Below the pieces are notes generated by a model. It saw nothing but the letters and a program-made list of their open reading frames with translations, was not told the DNA's origin and ran no database searches. Made by a program: the position numbers and the translations under genes. This document shows, in pieces, positions 48,201 to 61,026 of a DNA stretch of 64,000 bases (position 1 is the stretch's first letter; each line of letters opens with the position of its first letter). This stretch comes from Lingula anatina. Lineage: Eukaryota > Animalia > Brachiopoda. The DNA is taken from assembly GCA_051362555.1 (NCBI GenBank), contig CM120646.1, positions 13,144,001 to 13,208,000 on the forward strand. The letters run 5' to 3'.

Positions 48201-51200
48201 CCTCCGTGGAAATGACATTGGAAAATCGGATTTGAGGGGGTACATGTAATAAATGTGAATAAATATTATTTAATATGGATATATAAACGGTAGTTTGCAT
48301 TTTCTGTACCACTTATCATGTTAGTTATGGTATATGGAATGAAAATCACCATTCATAGTAATTAACTCCTGTGATGTGATGATTTATAAATAAAAGCACA
48401 TGAAACCGGGGGTGGGACAACCTTTTTGACCAATGTTGTATATTGTATTCCAGATCGCGCTTTTATATCGATTTTGCTAATTTCTATTTTTTTATTCCTA
48501 TTTCAGAAGCAAGATAATAATTGTTTGAAATGTGAGATTTGTCTCGGGTATAGGTATTGTTTTCTTGTGGCAAGCAATACTGCAAACTTTCTTGAAATAG
48601 TACCAATGTATGCAGTGCAAATGTATTCAAGCATTGAAATGCAGTTACTCTGACCATTTATCGCTATGCTTCTGCAGATTGATACTTGCAGTACGAATAG
48701 CAGAACTCAGTAGAGTACTCACTTTAATGTTGAACACTTGGACAAAATTCCCTGCACGTTCTAATTTCATGTCACCATGCTCGATACCTGCGTATATACA
48801 AAATGCGTACAATTAGTGGTCGGGTGCTTCTGTCACGCCTTGTCTCCTTTCAGCCTATACACTCTATAATACTGTTTTAGTAGGAAACAAGTTCAAGACT
48901 GGCCTGGGACCTTTCACGTTTTTCTACTTACAAAATGTCACCAATAACTGTTACTGACGGTACGAAAGAGACAATGTTATTTTCCTAAACACTGGTATAG
49001 AAAAGAAATTGACAGTACACGTATACATATTTAAACGCCCATACCTTCAGGATTGATTATCTTAATCGCGGGAGTGCTAGACAGTCCTCGCACTCTGATA
49101 GACAACTGAGCCACCGTGTGGTCCACATGGAGCATGCGAACATTGGTCTGGCTGGAAAACGTCCATACATGCTTCAGTAACGTTGCCTGAGCCGTATCTT
49201 CAACTGACAACTGAAAGAGGGAAAGCATTACATAAAAAATACCAGTACCGATAAAAATTCTATAAAGAGATGATTTTTGGGGGCAAAATTCCACTTACAA
49301 AAAGATCTGTTAATTGGCTGATATTTAGGCACGATTAGTCAAAGTTGCATTCACAAGTATATTTATAAAATATCACTCTCATGGACCTGTTTTACAATAC
49401 AGCTGCATCCCCAAACTTGGTAAAATCGTTTAGAATGAATCGTTTAGCTATACAGTTCAAGATAAATCTTAAGCTGTCCACTTAAATAAAATCAGCATTG
49501 ATCTTATACATAAAGTCATATATTTCTAGTTACAAAACTGGAGCAATGTATTATTGGATTAGATTTTTTGCTGATTTATCCTGGTTCAAAATGGTATATA
49601 CTTTTTGGTCTTAAAGTTCAATTTTCGGACTAAAGCTCTCAAGTAAAACAGGCCCCTGCTCATATGTTCCCATATACACTGTAGGTACGACTGCTCACTG
49701 ATATGATTTTGACCGTATCGTTGATCTCGGTTTTGCTGGTGGTGAAAACTGTTCCTCCTACAGCACCGGAGAGTTTAACAAAGTTATCACCTGTATATGC
49801 TGGAAAATGCGAATGTGATAATGGAATCTAATGCATGAATTACGGTTTTGTTAAATGAAATGTAAGACTCCGTTCCCATATCTAAATCGATCTAGCAGGA
49901 TCGACCAATTTCTCGCTAAATTACATTCAGCTTAAGTGGCTCTGGTGTCTGGCATGCCTAGTGAAGCTGATAAGGGGTAATTAACTATCGTTTAGCAGTT
50001 TCAGTAGGCGTGCCAGACATCTAAACCGCTAGAATGATCTAGGTATGGGAACAGGGTCAAAGCCAGATTTTGGAATGTTGTTGCGTACATTCCTTTACAG
50101 GTGAAAACATTTAGATCTCTGCTGCGTGCTATCTTAATAATATTAGCCGATGGATTTGTCAGTCAGTGTTGGAATGGTATGGCATGAGCACTTTTGTAAC
50201 ATACAGTTAAACCCAGCGAGAACCAAAAAAACCTGTGCGTTTCCGTCTCCTTGAACATTTGCCGGTAAGAATGAGCTGTGGCGAAACCCGTTTGGCAGTT
50301 GCTAAAGCTATAAACTCCGACGTTCTTTCTGGGTCTTTTGCATCAGCGTCAGTGAAAACAAACATCTGCGAATCTGACTGGCACACTTTCACAGCTGTAA
50401 TTCAATAACATCAGTGATAGGCATAATCCATACACGTATTGTCAAAAGGCTATGAAGAACTCTTCCATTAAAAAACTTAGGTTCCAATAGACAGTGGATG
50501 CCAGTCCCACCCTGTAGAAAGCTATTAATGGCAAATTGCAAGACCAAAAATACATTTAAAATGGAATTTTGTTTGAGTACTAGGAGGGAGAGAGCCATTC
50601 ATCTCTATCATATGTAACAAGTATATTAAAGATATGACCTATCGAAAAAAATTTGCGTTAATAATAAGAGTTGATAAGAATTGACATGGCAAACATATGA
50701 AAGGCCCATTGCATTTTCTTTTCTTCTTTCTTTTGCAAATTGGCCACTAACCTCAAATAATCATGAATAATGTATTACTTGGTTGTAAGCTTTGTAGTGT
50801 TTACAGCCAAGTGTCTTTAAAATTTAAAGTCTTGCATTGATTTAAAGTCATGTGTAAACCTGTGTTTTGTATATAGCTGTGCACTATAGCCATAAGAACA
50901 TTTTAATGTTTTAAAAAATACAAACAAGCATAAAGATGTACGTTATGCAGTGACATTCAGTACACCTTATCGTGAAGTGTGACTTCAGAGATAAGTCTAT
51001 AGACTGTACACTACCTTCTATCATGCCACTGAGCAGGTATTCCGGACAATCACCTCCTCCTGTTACCTGGATTGCCTGCATCCACGACATCATCACATCC
51101 GGGTCAGTTGTTACCCGAACCTCGGTGAGCGAAGCTGTAATGTGACAGACATTCATATCAAAATAACGTCAACCTTACCATAAATTCCGAAAAGGTTTTA

Positions 51201-51672
51201 GTAATATGTGACCAAGCGAGATGTATGACCAAGCATGCGCCAAGATTAAAAACAGAAATGTTTCATCTTTTTATAACACACTCACACGTATGAGTGTACG
51301 TGTCATACAATTCGTACCTGGATCATTGAAAGTTGCCAGTACATATTCAGAAGGTGCGTTTAGTTTGCCTTTAGTATTCTGTATGATTTTCAGCGTCTCC
51401 TGTTTCACAGCAGCAACTTCGTCGCTCATAGATCCGGTTGTGTCAATTACAAAAACTAAGGAATTCCCAGATGACAGTTGAAATAGCCTTTTGAAGATGG
51501 CATCACCAATTTCCTGTCGCAACCCAATGCCTAAAACAAGCAGGATGCTTTTAATTATAAATGTGTTCAATTGAAATTAGAATGCTGGCAATACATAACG
51601 CCAAATTGCCCACACTGAATTTTCCACAAGGACTAACCTAAACTTTGAAAAGTATTGTAAAAACTTTCCAGG

Positions 51673-51743
<71 letters not shown>

Positions 51744-52235
51744 GGCCGTAGCCTGAGCAAAATGCCAGGGGGGGCAGTAGCGGACACGAGGGGTCGAAGC
51801 CCCCGAGGGGGGAGGGTGTGGGAGGGGGTGTCCCCCTCCAATGGTGTGGAAAATTTTTAAAAACTGTATGTATAATACTGCATTCTGGTGCATTTTAACT
51901 GTTTTATTGCTCAATCAGAAGTCAGAAATTGTGGGTTCATTTTGCCATAAGTATAGCTCCCCTAAGGATAGCTCCCTGAGGGTGAGCTTTTTGGCATGAA
52001 CTGAGTTGGCTGAAAACAGTACACCTTTGTTAACAGATTGTTGAAAGGTTGTCTAGTGGCCATGAGTGCATTTTCTCACAGAATTGATACCAACTTTGCA
52101 ATTATTTTTTTATTAATTATTATTTGATTAATTATTATTTACCTTTGCGATTATTATTATTATTTTTTTTTTTTGCACCTCAAATCCCGGGGGGGGGGGG
52201 CAGCTGCCCCCCCTGCCCCCCCGGAGGCTACGGCC

Positions 52236-52296
<61 letters not shown>

Positions 52297-55200
52297 CTAC
52301 ATCATACCTTGGCCATCAATGTACATTTCTGTAGCACGGACAGCCGTCTTCCCAGCATCCGAGTGAAGATAATAATGTGGAGATAGCTTTTCAACGGTCG
52401 TCTCCTTGTTAATGCCGCCAGTGGCTGTCTTGACCTTGGAGTCTGCATCAGATGTACCGCCATGGCTACATTTCCCAATCCCACGAGATTTAAATTTAGA
52501 GTCTAAAACGAAAAAAGAGAGATGTCATTTTAAAGATAATGTGCCAAGTCCAATTCTAGAAAACAGCGCTTGTATTAAATATATTGTGCGTGCAACAACG
52601 TGTGCATCGTGCGCATAATTTCATAGTCACGGCACAGTTTCACCTGTATGCAGTGCATGTTATGCCATACCCACCCGGCTTCTGTATGTCTTGTCCAGTC
52701 CTGTAACCGCTGGTCAAGACCCCGCCTGTCAGGATGATATTATCTCTGCACTGCCTAGAGGAAAAAGCATGTGGAGTATGTTAATGAGATCCAGAAAATT
52801 TTTGGGGATAAACAGCCATCTTAATACTTGCAATTTATGCTATTCGATTTCAAAATAAAACGTGTTTTAATGCAAAAGAGTACCAGTAGAGGACGGGGCG
52901 TTTTATGCAATGCATCCGTGTAGTAAGTGTAGCAATATATGTCGGCGTGGAGCTGATGTCGGGGACTATATTGGCTGTGACTGTGGTATTAGGTTATGTT
53001 ACATGTAGGCCAGATTCGAGGTTCACTGACATGACGAGAACGGACACCTGTCCGTGGTGCAGTACAGCTTACTGTACTTACCCAGTACAGCTCACACACG
53101 TCATAATACCTGGTGAAGCCACGAGAGGAATGGGTTTGCCCTTGATACCTACAACAATTTTGTGAGGTCAGTATTTCTGTTATTCTCCCACATATTTGAG
53201 CCATTTTAGACAAAAAAAACTTAATTTAACATAACAAGTAAGCAAATCAATAATAATTGTAAGTTTTGAAATAGCGGAAATTTAAAAACAAAGTAGAAAA
53301 GCACTCAGAGAGCGCAGACCTCCGCCAAGGCAGCAAAGTCTCCATCCAATGCCGTTTCACCCCTAAATTTTCGATATTTTTGATTACTGATGATTGATTA
53401 TTGATCCGGATCACCACCAAAAATTAATCATCTGTTCCTTGGCCCACTTCTGACAGTTTCTGAAAATTTCATCAAAATCGGTCCATAACGTTTTGAGTTA
53501 TGTTGATGACAGACAGACAGACAAACACACAAACAGGAGTGAAAACATAACCTCCTTGGCGGAGGTAAAAAGTTGGCAAGCTTTACCTAAGTCCTGGTAC
53601 ACAACAGGTCCATTCATTTCAATCCAGTTGGTGTTACTGTAAAAATCCTGAATCATGTGTAAAAGAACTCCGAGCAGTCGACGAAGGACGTCAAAATTCG
53701 CATTTCTAGCTTTAACGAGGCCTTTGAAGAGCTCTCGTGCGGCACTGAGTTTCTCAAACCCTGTTGGGAATAAAATAAACAAAGGACGTAAAAAATGCCA
53801 TATCACCCACAGGCTGTCCCTGCGCAGAATCAACAGAGTATCTCTATTGTAGAATACGTCCTGGGCATGGAAATTCTGGCGTTGAATAGCAATAACAATA
53901 ACACGTTGCTTTTTAGTAAATATACTTCTAAGTGATCATATATTGCAATAATTTAGAAACAAGGTTCTTCATCACCTCGACTTAAATTGTTGCCGCTGCT
54001 TTCTATAGCAGCGGTAAGGAATCCATGCCTTCGCCTTACGGGTTGGTTTAAAACACACGGAATGAATGAATGAACTAATGAGTTTTTATAAAAATAAAAT
54101 CCTAGGATGACCCGAAAAGGTCCTCGGACTTATTTCCTATGCGCGTGACCCTACTCCTTCTCACCTTCTTTGATCTGTTCTCCATTGAAATGAAACAAAG
54201 CCCCGCCTCTATGGTCCTTATCCACAATGGCGTTGAACTTAACAATTGTCTCAATGGATTCTTGCATCTTTTTCGCAAACACCTGTCCCTCTAAAAAATA
54301 GAAAACACATATATGCATTTGGTTCTGCATCTTGTATATATAACAGTTGGATGGTATTTATTCTGCAGAAAAGACCCTTCATTTTAAAGTCCCCATTCAG
54401 GGGCGGATCCAGAGCTATATACTGACAGTCTTCCAAATTAGCTTTGTAGATTCATCCTCCAATTTTGACCGTCTTCCAACATGAAAAATTGGATACCTGT
54501 CAATGTAAACTTGAAAATCTCACCGTCTTCCGGAAGACCCAGAAGACGCCCTAAATCCGCCCCTGCCATTCAACTTTTTACAGCGTACCGCAAAAAAGTT
54601 TTAAGACACTCCCAGTGGGTTAGATTAATGTATAGGAGCAGGTTCTATGAAAAACTTTGATCAGATTTGTGTTTTAGGAGATTGTTTATGATTATTTTAA
54701 TCAAATTTGGATAAAAAAAGTCCTGCTAAAACAACTAGAATAAAAAATTAGAAAACGAAAACTATTTATCATGATTTCGGAGCACAGCCGGAAGAAGGTC
54801 ATGACCTGGATTTCCCCACGCTCACAACCAATCACAGCAGGGTTTAGTCAGAATGAGATGACGTCACGATGCAACGCAAGTTTGTCAGAAAAGTTGTAAA
54901 TCTTCTCTTATATAGTATATTCTAAATCAGCTGTCTGTACAAAACTAACTTCAAAAGTGAAGCAAGTCGGAATAATGTTCAGATTACGTCGCTAACCATA
55001 AAAGTAATTCCCGCATACATGTATCTTGTTAGTAACCATCTTTTCGGTACACGCACCGATCAAAAACAGAAAACATAAAGCCCAAAACGCTCTTATACCT
55101 GAACCAGCTTTGTATAAGCTGAAATATCGTCATGAATTATAAACAAGCTTATACGATAATCATACACACTTGAGACCTGTGAAGTGCCTACTCACGTTGC

Positions 55201-56213
55201 GAGAAGTTTTGCCAGTGCCTCGTTATGTAACACCTAATTCTGTTTTTAGTTTCTTCCACCTCCCCAACTCCCTCCCAACATACACAGTCTGAGACCTTCT
55301 GTGTCTGTGTCTGTCTCTTATTTGTTTCCGTATTTTGCGAACCGGAATAAGCTACTTTTTTTTCTTCTCCTTATATCGCGCTCTTCGGACTTTTCGCGCG
55401 TCTCCATGTGCGCTGTCTTGGCGCCAAATAGTAACATCCGGGTCTCAGCTGTAGTATTTCATTCATAGTAAACCACGAGACTTAGCGAGAAACCGTACCG
55501 TGAGATGGTAGCTGAGTATTTAAGACAAGTCGTCTTAAATAAATTAATGGAACTTAAAAACGGTTTTAGGTAGCTTCATTTTCTGAACGGTTTTGGATAG
55601 GAAATACCTTGGCCATTATGGGAAAATTGGTGAGGTTTCCAGGAATATTCATTTTCTTGCTATATTAAGAGTTTAACCCACTGAGACAGCCTTTAAATAA
55701 CCCAACATTATAATATCTATAATATCTGAGTCGTAAAATAGTTAAATACATGCAGTTACATTACCAGGGGCGGATTGAAGTCTTCTGGAAGACGGTCAGA
55801 TTTGCAAGTTTTCATTATGGGTATGTATTTTTTCTGTCGGAAGACGGTCAAAAAATGGAGGATGGATCAACAAAGATAATTTGGAAGACTGTCAGAAAAT
55901 ATTTCTGAATCCAGTACTACATTTTACACTGCAACTTACTGCCGTAATATGCATCAAAAAGCCTCTGAGGTGTAGGATCCTTCAATCCAGTCAGAGTTCC
56001 CTTGGCGACCTTCGTACCATCCGGCTTGGGAGTGTCTTCAAGGAGCCTCGCTATGACACGCAGCAAGGCCGACTCCGTGATATCATCGTGCTTATAATTC
56101 GAGGCAGTCGGTGAGTTCCCAAAATCGTTGTCATGGTTAGGTAGGAACCCGCTCGTGAAGACGACCAAACATAATACGCAGAAAATCAGGAAAGACCACT
56201 TGGTCTCCTCCAT
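45254..56213 (-). CDS. VWA7: VWA7-like protein with C-terminal transmembrane helix, 16 coding exons, ~824 aa
   Basis: Exons: 56213-55940, 54290-54165, 53760-53587, 53148-53082, 52754-52675, 52502-52308, 51530-51318, 51134-51015, 50394-50233, 49799-49699, 49210-49045, 48787-48723, 46741-46585, 46264-46101, 45878-45729, 45514-45254; all GT-AG, phases consistent, 2475 nt total. Signal peptide; family motifs HDDIT, FHFNGE, LHMIQDFYSNTNW, LTSGY, GKCSHGG, GGINK, SPHYYLH; VWA FVIDTTGSM, GGGDCPE, VFTDA; RRRKR; TM in last exon. Symbol denotes family, not proven orthology. Confidence 0.9.
46778..48438. mobile_element. Fold-back Tc1 relic in VWA7 intron 12
   Basis: TA-flanked TIR cagcattggtcaaaaaggttgtcccacc; ~600-bp imperfect inverted arms; decayed transposase motifs VGFAEESRYFLY..IRVRR (- strand, ~47690-47620) and LNPDNKPTEQPW..RRLREMITVSGSHTR (+ strand, ~47890-48103). 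Confidence 0.8.
51741..52238. mobile_element. MITE inserted in a (TA)n microsatellite, VWA7 intron 6
   Basis: TIR CAGGGCCGTAGCC / GGCTACGGCCCTG with long (TA)n tracts on both sides. Confidence 0.85.
53288..53570 (+). mobile_element. HINE/DINE-1-like short element in VWA7 intron 3
   Basis: Subterminal inverted repeat acctccgccaagg (53318) / ccttggcggaggt (53554), (GACA)n tract, 3' hairpin. Confidence 0.6.
54398..54565. mobile_element. Short CAGGGGCGGAT-TIR element with 5-bp TSD
   Basis: CAGGGGCGGAT ... ATCCGCCCCTG flanked by CCATT; related inverted copy at ~55765-55920. Confidence 0.8.
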
Positions 56214-58389
56214 GTCTTAAGAAACACGTACGTTTCCCTGGCGTCTACTTCTTTCTGTTTGGACCCTTATTTTTTTACCTCCACCTCTTAAGTTGAGGTA
56301 CAGTATCTACCGTCTTGTAGATAGCAAGATGTAGGTCGTCTAGTCTTATCCAGTGATCCAGTGACGAAGATAACTGGTTGTTTGAACAGTGATCTTATTT
56401 CATGCGTACATATTGACGTGGATTTTAGTAACAATATATTTGAAAAAAGAAGACTTAAACTAATCTATATTTATTAGGCCTATTCCTCTGGATTTTCCAA
56501 TAGTTTTTATAAAAACTCAGTTCAAATACTTAATTTGAAGTGGGTTTTGAAGCAGACCAAGATTTTAGCTTTAGCGACTTTCACATAAATTATTTAGATT
56601 TATCTTGGCAGTATTCTCTTTTTAGTCGACCTAATCAATTGGAACGCATCTTTATTTAGCCGAATTCACCAACAGTCCAAGTTTCTGAATAATCAGGTCG
56701 CAGTTGGACAATCATAATGAGAGTTATGCAAACCTCGCATGCAGCCTTAGAGTAACATAAACTTAAATAGCTTAAGCGAGTACTCTTGCACAGCCAACAT
56801 AACGTCTGTCCACTTCTCATCATATCTGCTCTTGATATATTATCATTACACCAGCTTAAAGGGGAGTCAAAATGTAATTCCGCGCACTTCAATCATTGCA
56901 TTGGTCCTAATTATATAAATAACGCATGTGTTCTACGCACAGCAAACGGAAAAGTTAAAGATACTAGACCAAATTCCTGGGGAAAACAGCTCGACACAAA
57001 ATAGTCCTAATTCTGTGCGTGAGTGCCGGTGTAACGTGACGGAGATTTCCCCGCGATAGAGAGTCTGCTTCCCATTCATTTGTACAGGTAAGCCTCGCCC
57101 TGGGTTTTGACCCACTTAGGCCAGGCTAACCCTAACCATTATAACTAAATAAAGGTCGGGCTTTCTGTTACAGACCCTCACTTTCGTTACACATGTGAGT
57201 ATTTAACCAGATTTTCAAAACCCAGCATTACATATCGCATTCTGTCTCAGATTGACAAGAATTATTTCTGCAATTTTTGTGCTGATTACTCTCTCGCCCT
57301 GATTGACATGAGTAACTAACAGACAGGTTCGTTACATATTTTCGTTTAAACCATCCGAAGACCAGCAGTCACAACAACACACGATTTTCAAACTAACGTT
57401 AGAATTATAACATTACACCTTGCCTTCTCCCCTTTTATATAAAATAATTGGCTTATCTCATAAAACTTGGAAGTCAATGACAATCCTTCGGTGACCAACA
57501 ATTACAGGCTGCATTTAATCAAGGGACTGCGTGCATCGTTCTGTATTCATGGTCAGAGTATATCCCGCAGTTACAAACACCCAATGACTCGAATATGTTG
57601 CACACAAGATCCACTGAAATAGAGAAGGCGACACATATGACACGGGTATTTCATATTTATGAAACCTAAATCAGTGCCCAAGAGATCTGGGTTTTATATG
57701 TACATTTATGTATTTTGTTTGCATTGAGCATTTTGTACATATATAATCTCTGATATGGATTCCCAAAGTCAGTTAATGGCTCGCTCAGCATTATTTACAT
57801 CATATCATGCTAAATACACCCACTTTAAACATAAGATGCTTGCATATCATATAGGTTAACCAAAATGAATAAAATAAATAAAGAAATATAACAATTTCAA
57901 AAATCTAACATTTCGTGAATTTTTTTGACTGCATGCACTGATGCCCTCCGCTGCAGCTATCCAGGCGTTTCAACCCGTAATAAAAATTACTGGTTCAATA
58001 AGAAAGAGACAGTTTACGTTCGATAATAATATTTGGAACAAAATGTGTCACAAGACATATATGATCGTATTCACAATGCCGTTGTAACAGTAATGGTATT
58101 CCGCTAGGAACTGCAGTCCTTTCCCCTTTCGTCCCATATACTAACCCCAATACTCCGACTAACCCGACCACGTACTGGTTATAGGATACTTCAGACTTAC
58201 ATTCCTAGGACTTCCATTCCTGTCACACCGGCACAAATCGTTTTTTATTTTATAGTTCATGAAACACCTCATTGCGGCCTTGCATTTTTACCTATATACC
58301 GGTAGTTTGTGAAGTTGGTTACTAGAACTTTACAAAATGTTTTACATATATATATATATACGAAGCGGTGTTTGGTATTCAAATTCAAT

Positions 58390-61026
58390 TTACTTACTGT
58401 AGCTGCACTCAACACATTCAATTTCTTCCCCAATACACTCCTGACCGGCAGAATCTGGAAGAGGATTGTCGCAAAGTCTTCTACGACAACTATAATACAT
58501 GTACCTACTGCCAGTGCCAGTGCCAATGGAGGGTTGCCGGCATGGTTTCCAGTCACTCCAGGCTCTCCAGCCTTTGTTAGCTATGAAAGTAAGGAATACA
58601 AATGGTAAAATGTGTTCACATTGGGAGTTAATGAAATTTAGGTAAATTCTTGGGCAAGTATCCGGTATGGTGGATAAACATTTAGATACGCCAGGTAAAA
58701 TGGTCTCTACTAATTTGAACATGCCTTAACTAGTAACAGCTTGATAGGTAACACTTGCAAACTATTTATAATTGAAATATAGCAATATGTTGATAATAAT
58801 ATGATTACATTGTGATAATAATAACAACTTACTTAGGAATTTTGGGAGAAGTGTATTCCAAAACTCCATGCGCCTCGCTTTCAAGTCTCGTTTCACGTTA
58901 GATGACGTCAACCCTACAGTCCACTCCAAGTACAGTTTGTCTGTTGAATCAAACCGAGGCCACGTTGGAACTAGTGGAGCCGAGGTAGAAATTGGATTGG
59001 GATTGCTAAAAAGAGACCAGAGGCATCAAATTCTAATTTTCATGAATGTATAAAAATATATTAGCGCGTCCAACATGTAAACATAAATAGTATTGCTTGC
59101 GTCTGACGTATAACGTGTAATATATTTTTGACAAGCGTAATACGAATTTAAATGTACGTGTTACCTTTTAAAACAATTTAACAAGTACAATTTAAACAAG
59201 ACAGTGTTAAAAATTAAGCAACAGGTTTGAGTGATTCTATCCAAAATAATAAAGCAAGCCAAGACGTTAAGTTGAATTAAAAGAGGCTAGGTAAAAGAAA
59301 AGATTTTCTGCACCTACACTGGTGCAATACAAAACCTCCTTATTAGTTACGATATGAAGGATGCAGGTATATTTTTTTTAAATGATCAAATGATCAATTT
59401 TGATAACTAGAATAGCACTTAGTAAATTCTAGGCATACATTTTTCTAACCGTGTATTTAATGCGTCAGCGAATACCCAAGTAATACTACATGTTATAATT
59501 CGCCTTAGGGCCCAATTCACTCACACTTACCCAGTCCATGCAAAGTTCCCAACGGCTGTCATAAATTGTATACTCAAATCCACTTCTTCATCGGTTGGCC
59601 GCGATGGGAACAGCGCTGCATCCAATACATCCCCAAACATAAAATACAACTCCTCCATGTGGTTGGCGCCATTAATCACTGACGGCCATTTTGAAAAAGA
59701 CGGTTTATGTGCAAAGTTAAGAAAGTAGACGTTAGCATTTTTTGGCCAAAGTAAAGCATGCTCCCATCCGGGGGCAAGAAAAAAAGCATCTTGCCATAAT
59801 TCTAGCCAGGTTTGATGCGCTTTTCGAAGGTTGGGAGACTTATATTCAAATATTACGGCGTCGGTCATAAAATCATTAGCACCCGGATAAAGCATTTGTA
59901 TCAATCCTTTGGTAAAAGATATGGCAGCCGTCGTGTTGATTTCTGGACCCGTTCCTCCAATCCCAAACCAGGCCCCGCTGTCGAAGTTGCAGACAGAAAT
60001 CATGTAGTCTTTTCCATGGGCTCCTGGTCCGGGGTATTCAAGTGATCTGTCGATCACATTCCCATCAGGAATGGGAAGAAGTAAATTTGGCGCAAACACT
60101 GGATCTCTCTGGTAATGCAGAAAAGCTGAAAGTAGTTCGTCTGTTGACTTCTTGCGAAGACAGCGCACAATTATTTCCCCGTGTGCTGACGTGCAATTTA
60201 AAAGAGCTGCGATCGCTCTGCTGTTGTTAATTGTACGTTGTTCAATCAGCGCCCTGTGACGCCTCAGATGATATACCCCACCTAGAGCAATTCCTCTCCT
60301 TACCAGTCCACGAGTACGCACCTGTGGACACGCTGTCAGCAACAAGTCGACAATTACTCCACCTGCTGACTCGCCGCTAACAGTCACGAGGGTGGGGTCT
60401 CCTCCAAATACCCGGATGTTTGTTTGGATCCATTCAAGGAGCCGCACCGTGTCAAACACACCATAATTGCCCCCGAGGTCTGCTTCACCATTAGACAGAA
60501 ATCCAAATATATTGAGGCGATAGTTAAATGTGATGACAATCATGTTACCTTGTAGTGCCAGAAAGGTCCCATTGAACTCCACCCCAGATCCCCACTCGTA
60601 TTTCCCGCCGTGTATATAGACAAATACCGGTAATAGACGTTCTCGATCTGGTACCACTGCTCTCGGGACGTACATGTTAAGGTAGAGACAGTCCTCGCTC
60701 ATAGTCTGGTCTCTTATACGGGCCCGCACAAATTCCTCTGTGTAAAAATGCTCAACCTGGGTTTTATAGCTATGAGGGCAGCACGGGGAGAAAGAACGTG
60801 CATCCCTCGGCCCACGCCAGTTATCAGGAGGTTCTGGTGGCTTCCAACGCAGTTTACCGATTGGTGGCTTGGCGTAGGGAACGCCGAGGAACTGCACCAC
60901 GCGCCCCAGTATGGTATCCGCGACGAGGCCAACAAGGTCGCCGTTTGCTGTTGTCACAGACACATCCTCAGAATCAACAACAGCGTGAATTGTAAAGAGC
61001 AACATGAAACGTATCAATGGTCGCAT
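58390..61026 (-). CDS. Secreted type-B carboxylesterase/cholinesterase-family protein with C-terminal TSP1 domain
   Basis: Exon 61026-59531 (signal peptide, FLGVPYA, SEDCLYLN, HGG, GESAG, NFDS, ANHMEEL), exon 59005-58833 (GNPN..WPRF..FWN), exon 58580-58398 (WRAWSDWKPC..CRRRLCDNPLP..GQECIG..C); phases 2 and 1 match. 3' end unresolved: donor at 58397 or in-frame stop at 58390. Confidence 0.88.

Noticed and set aside
51633-52366. YIYIYI-type ORFs, also CVCV/ERER at 63226
   Set aside because: Translations of microsatellites.
54600-55540. Kolobok-like TTAA element in VWA7 intron 1 (also ~24270-24876)
   Set aside because: Terminal matches are too short to define ends.
57972-57991. Possible tiny terminal exon of the esterase (IIFITG-stop)
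   Set aside because: Acceptor and phase fit, but it is too short to support without transcripts.
59527-61026. Neuroligin or acetylcholinesterase call
   Set aside because: Catalytic serine motif GESAG is intact and no TM follows (not neuroligin); sequence evidence is insufficient to call AChE.
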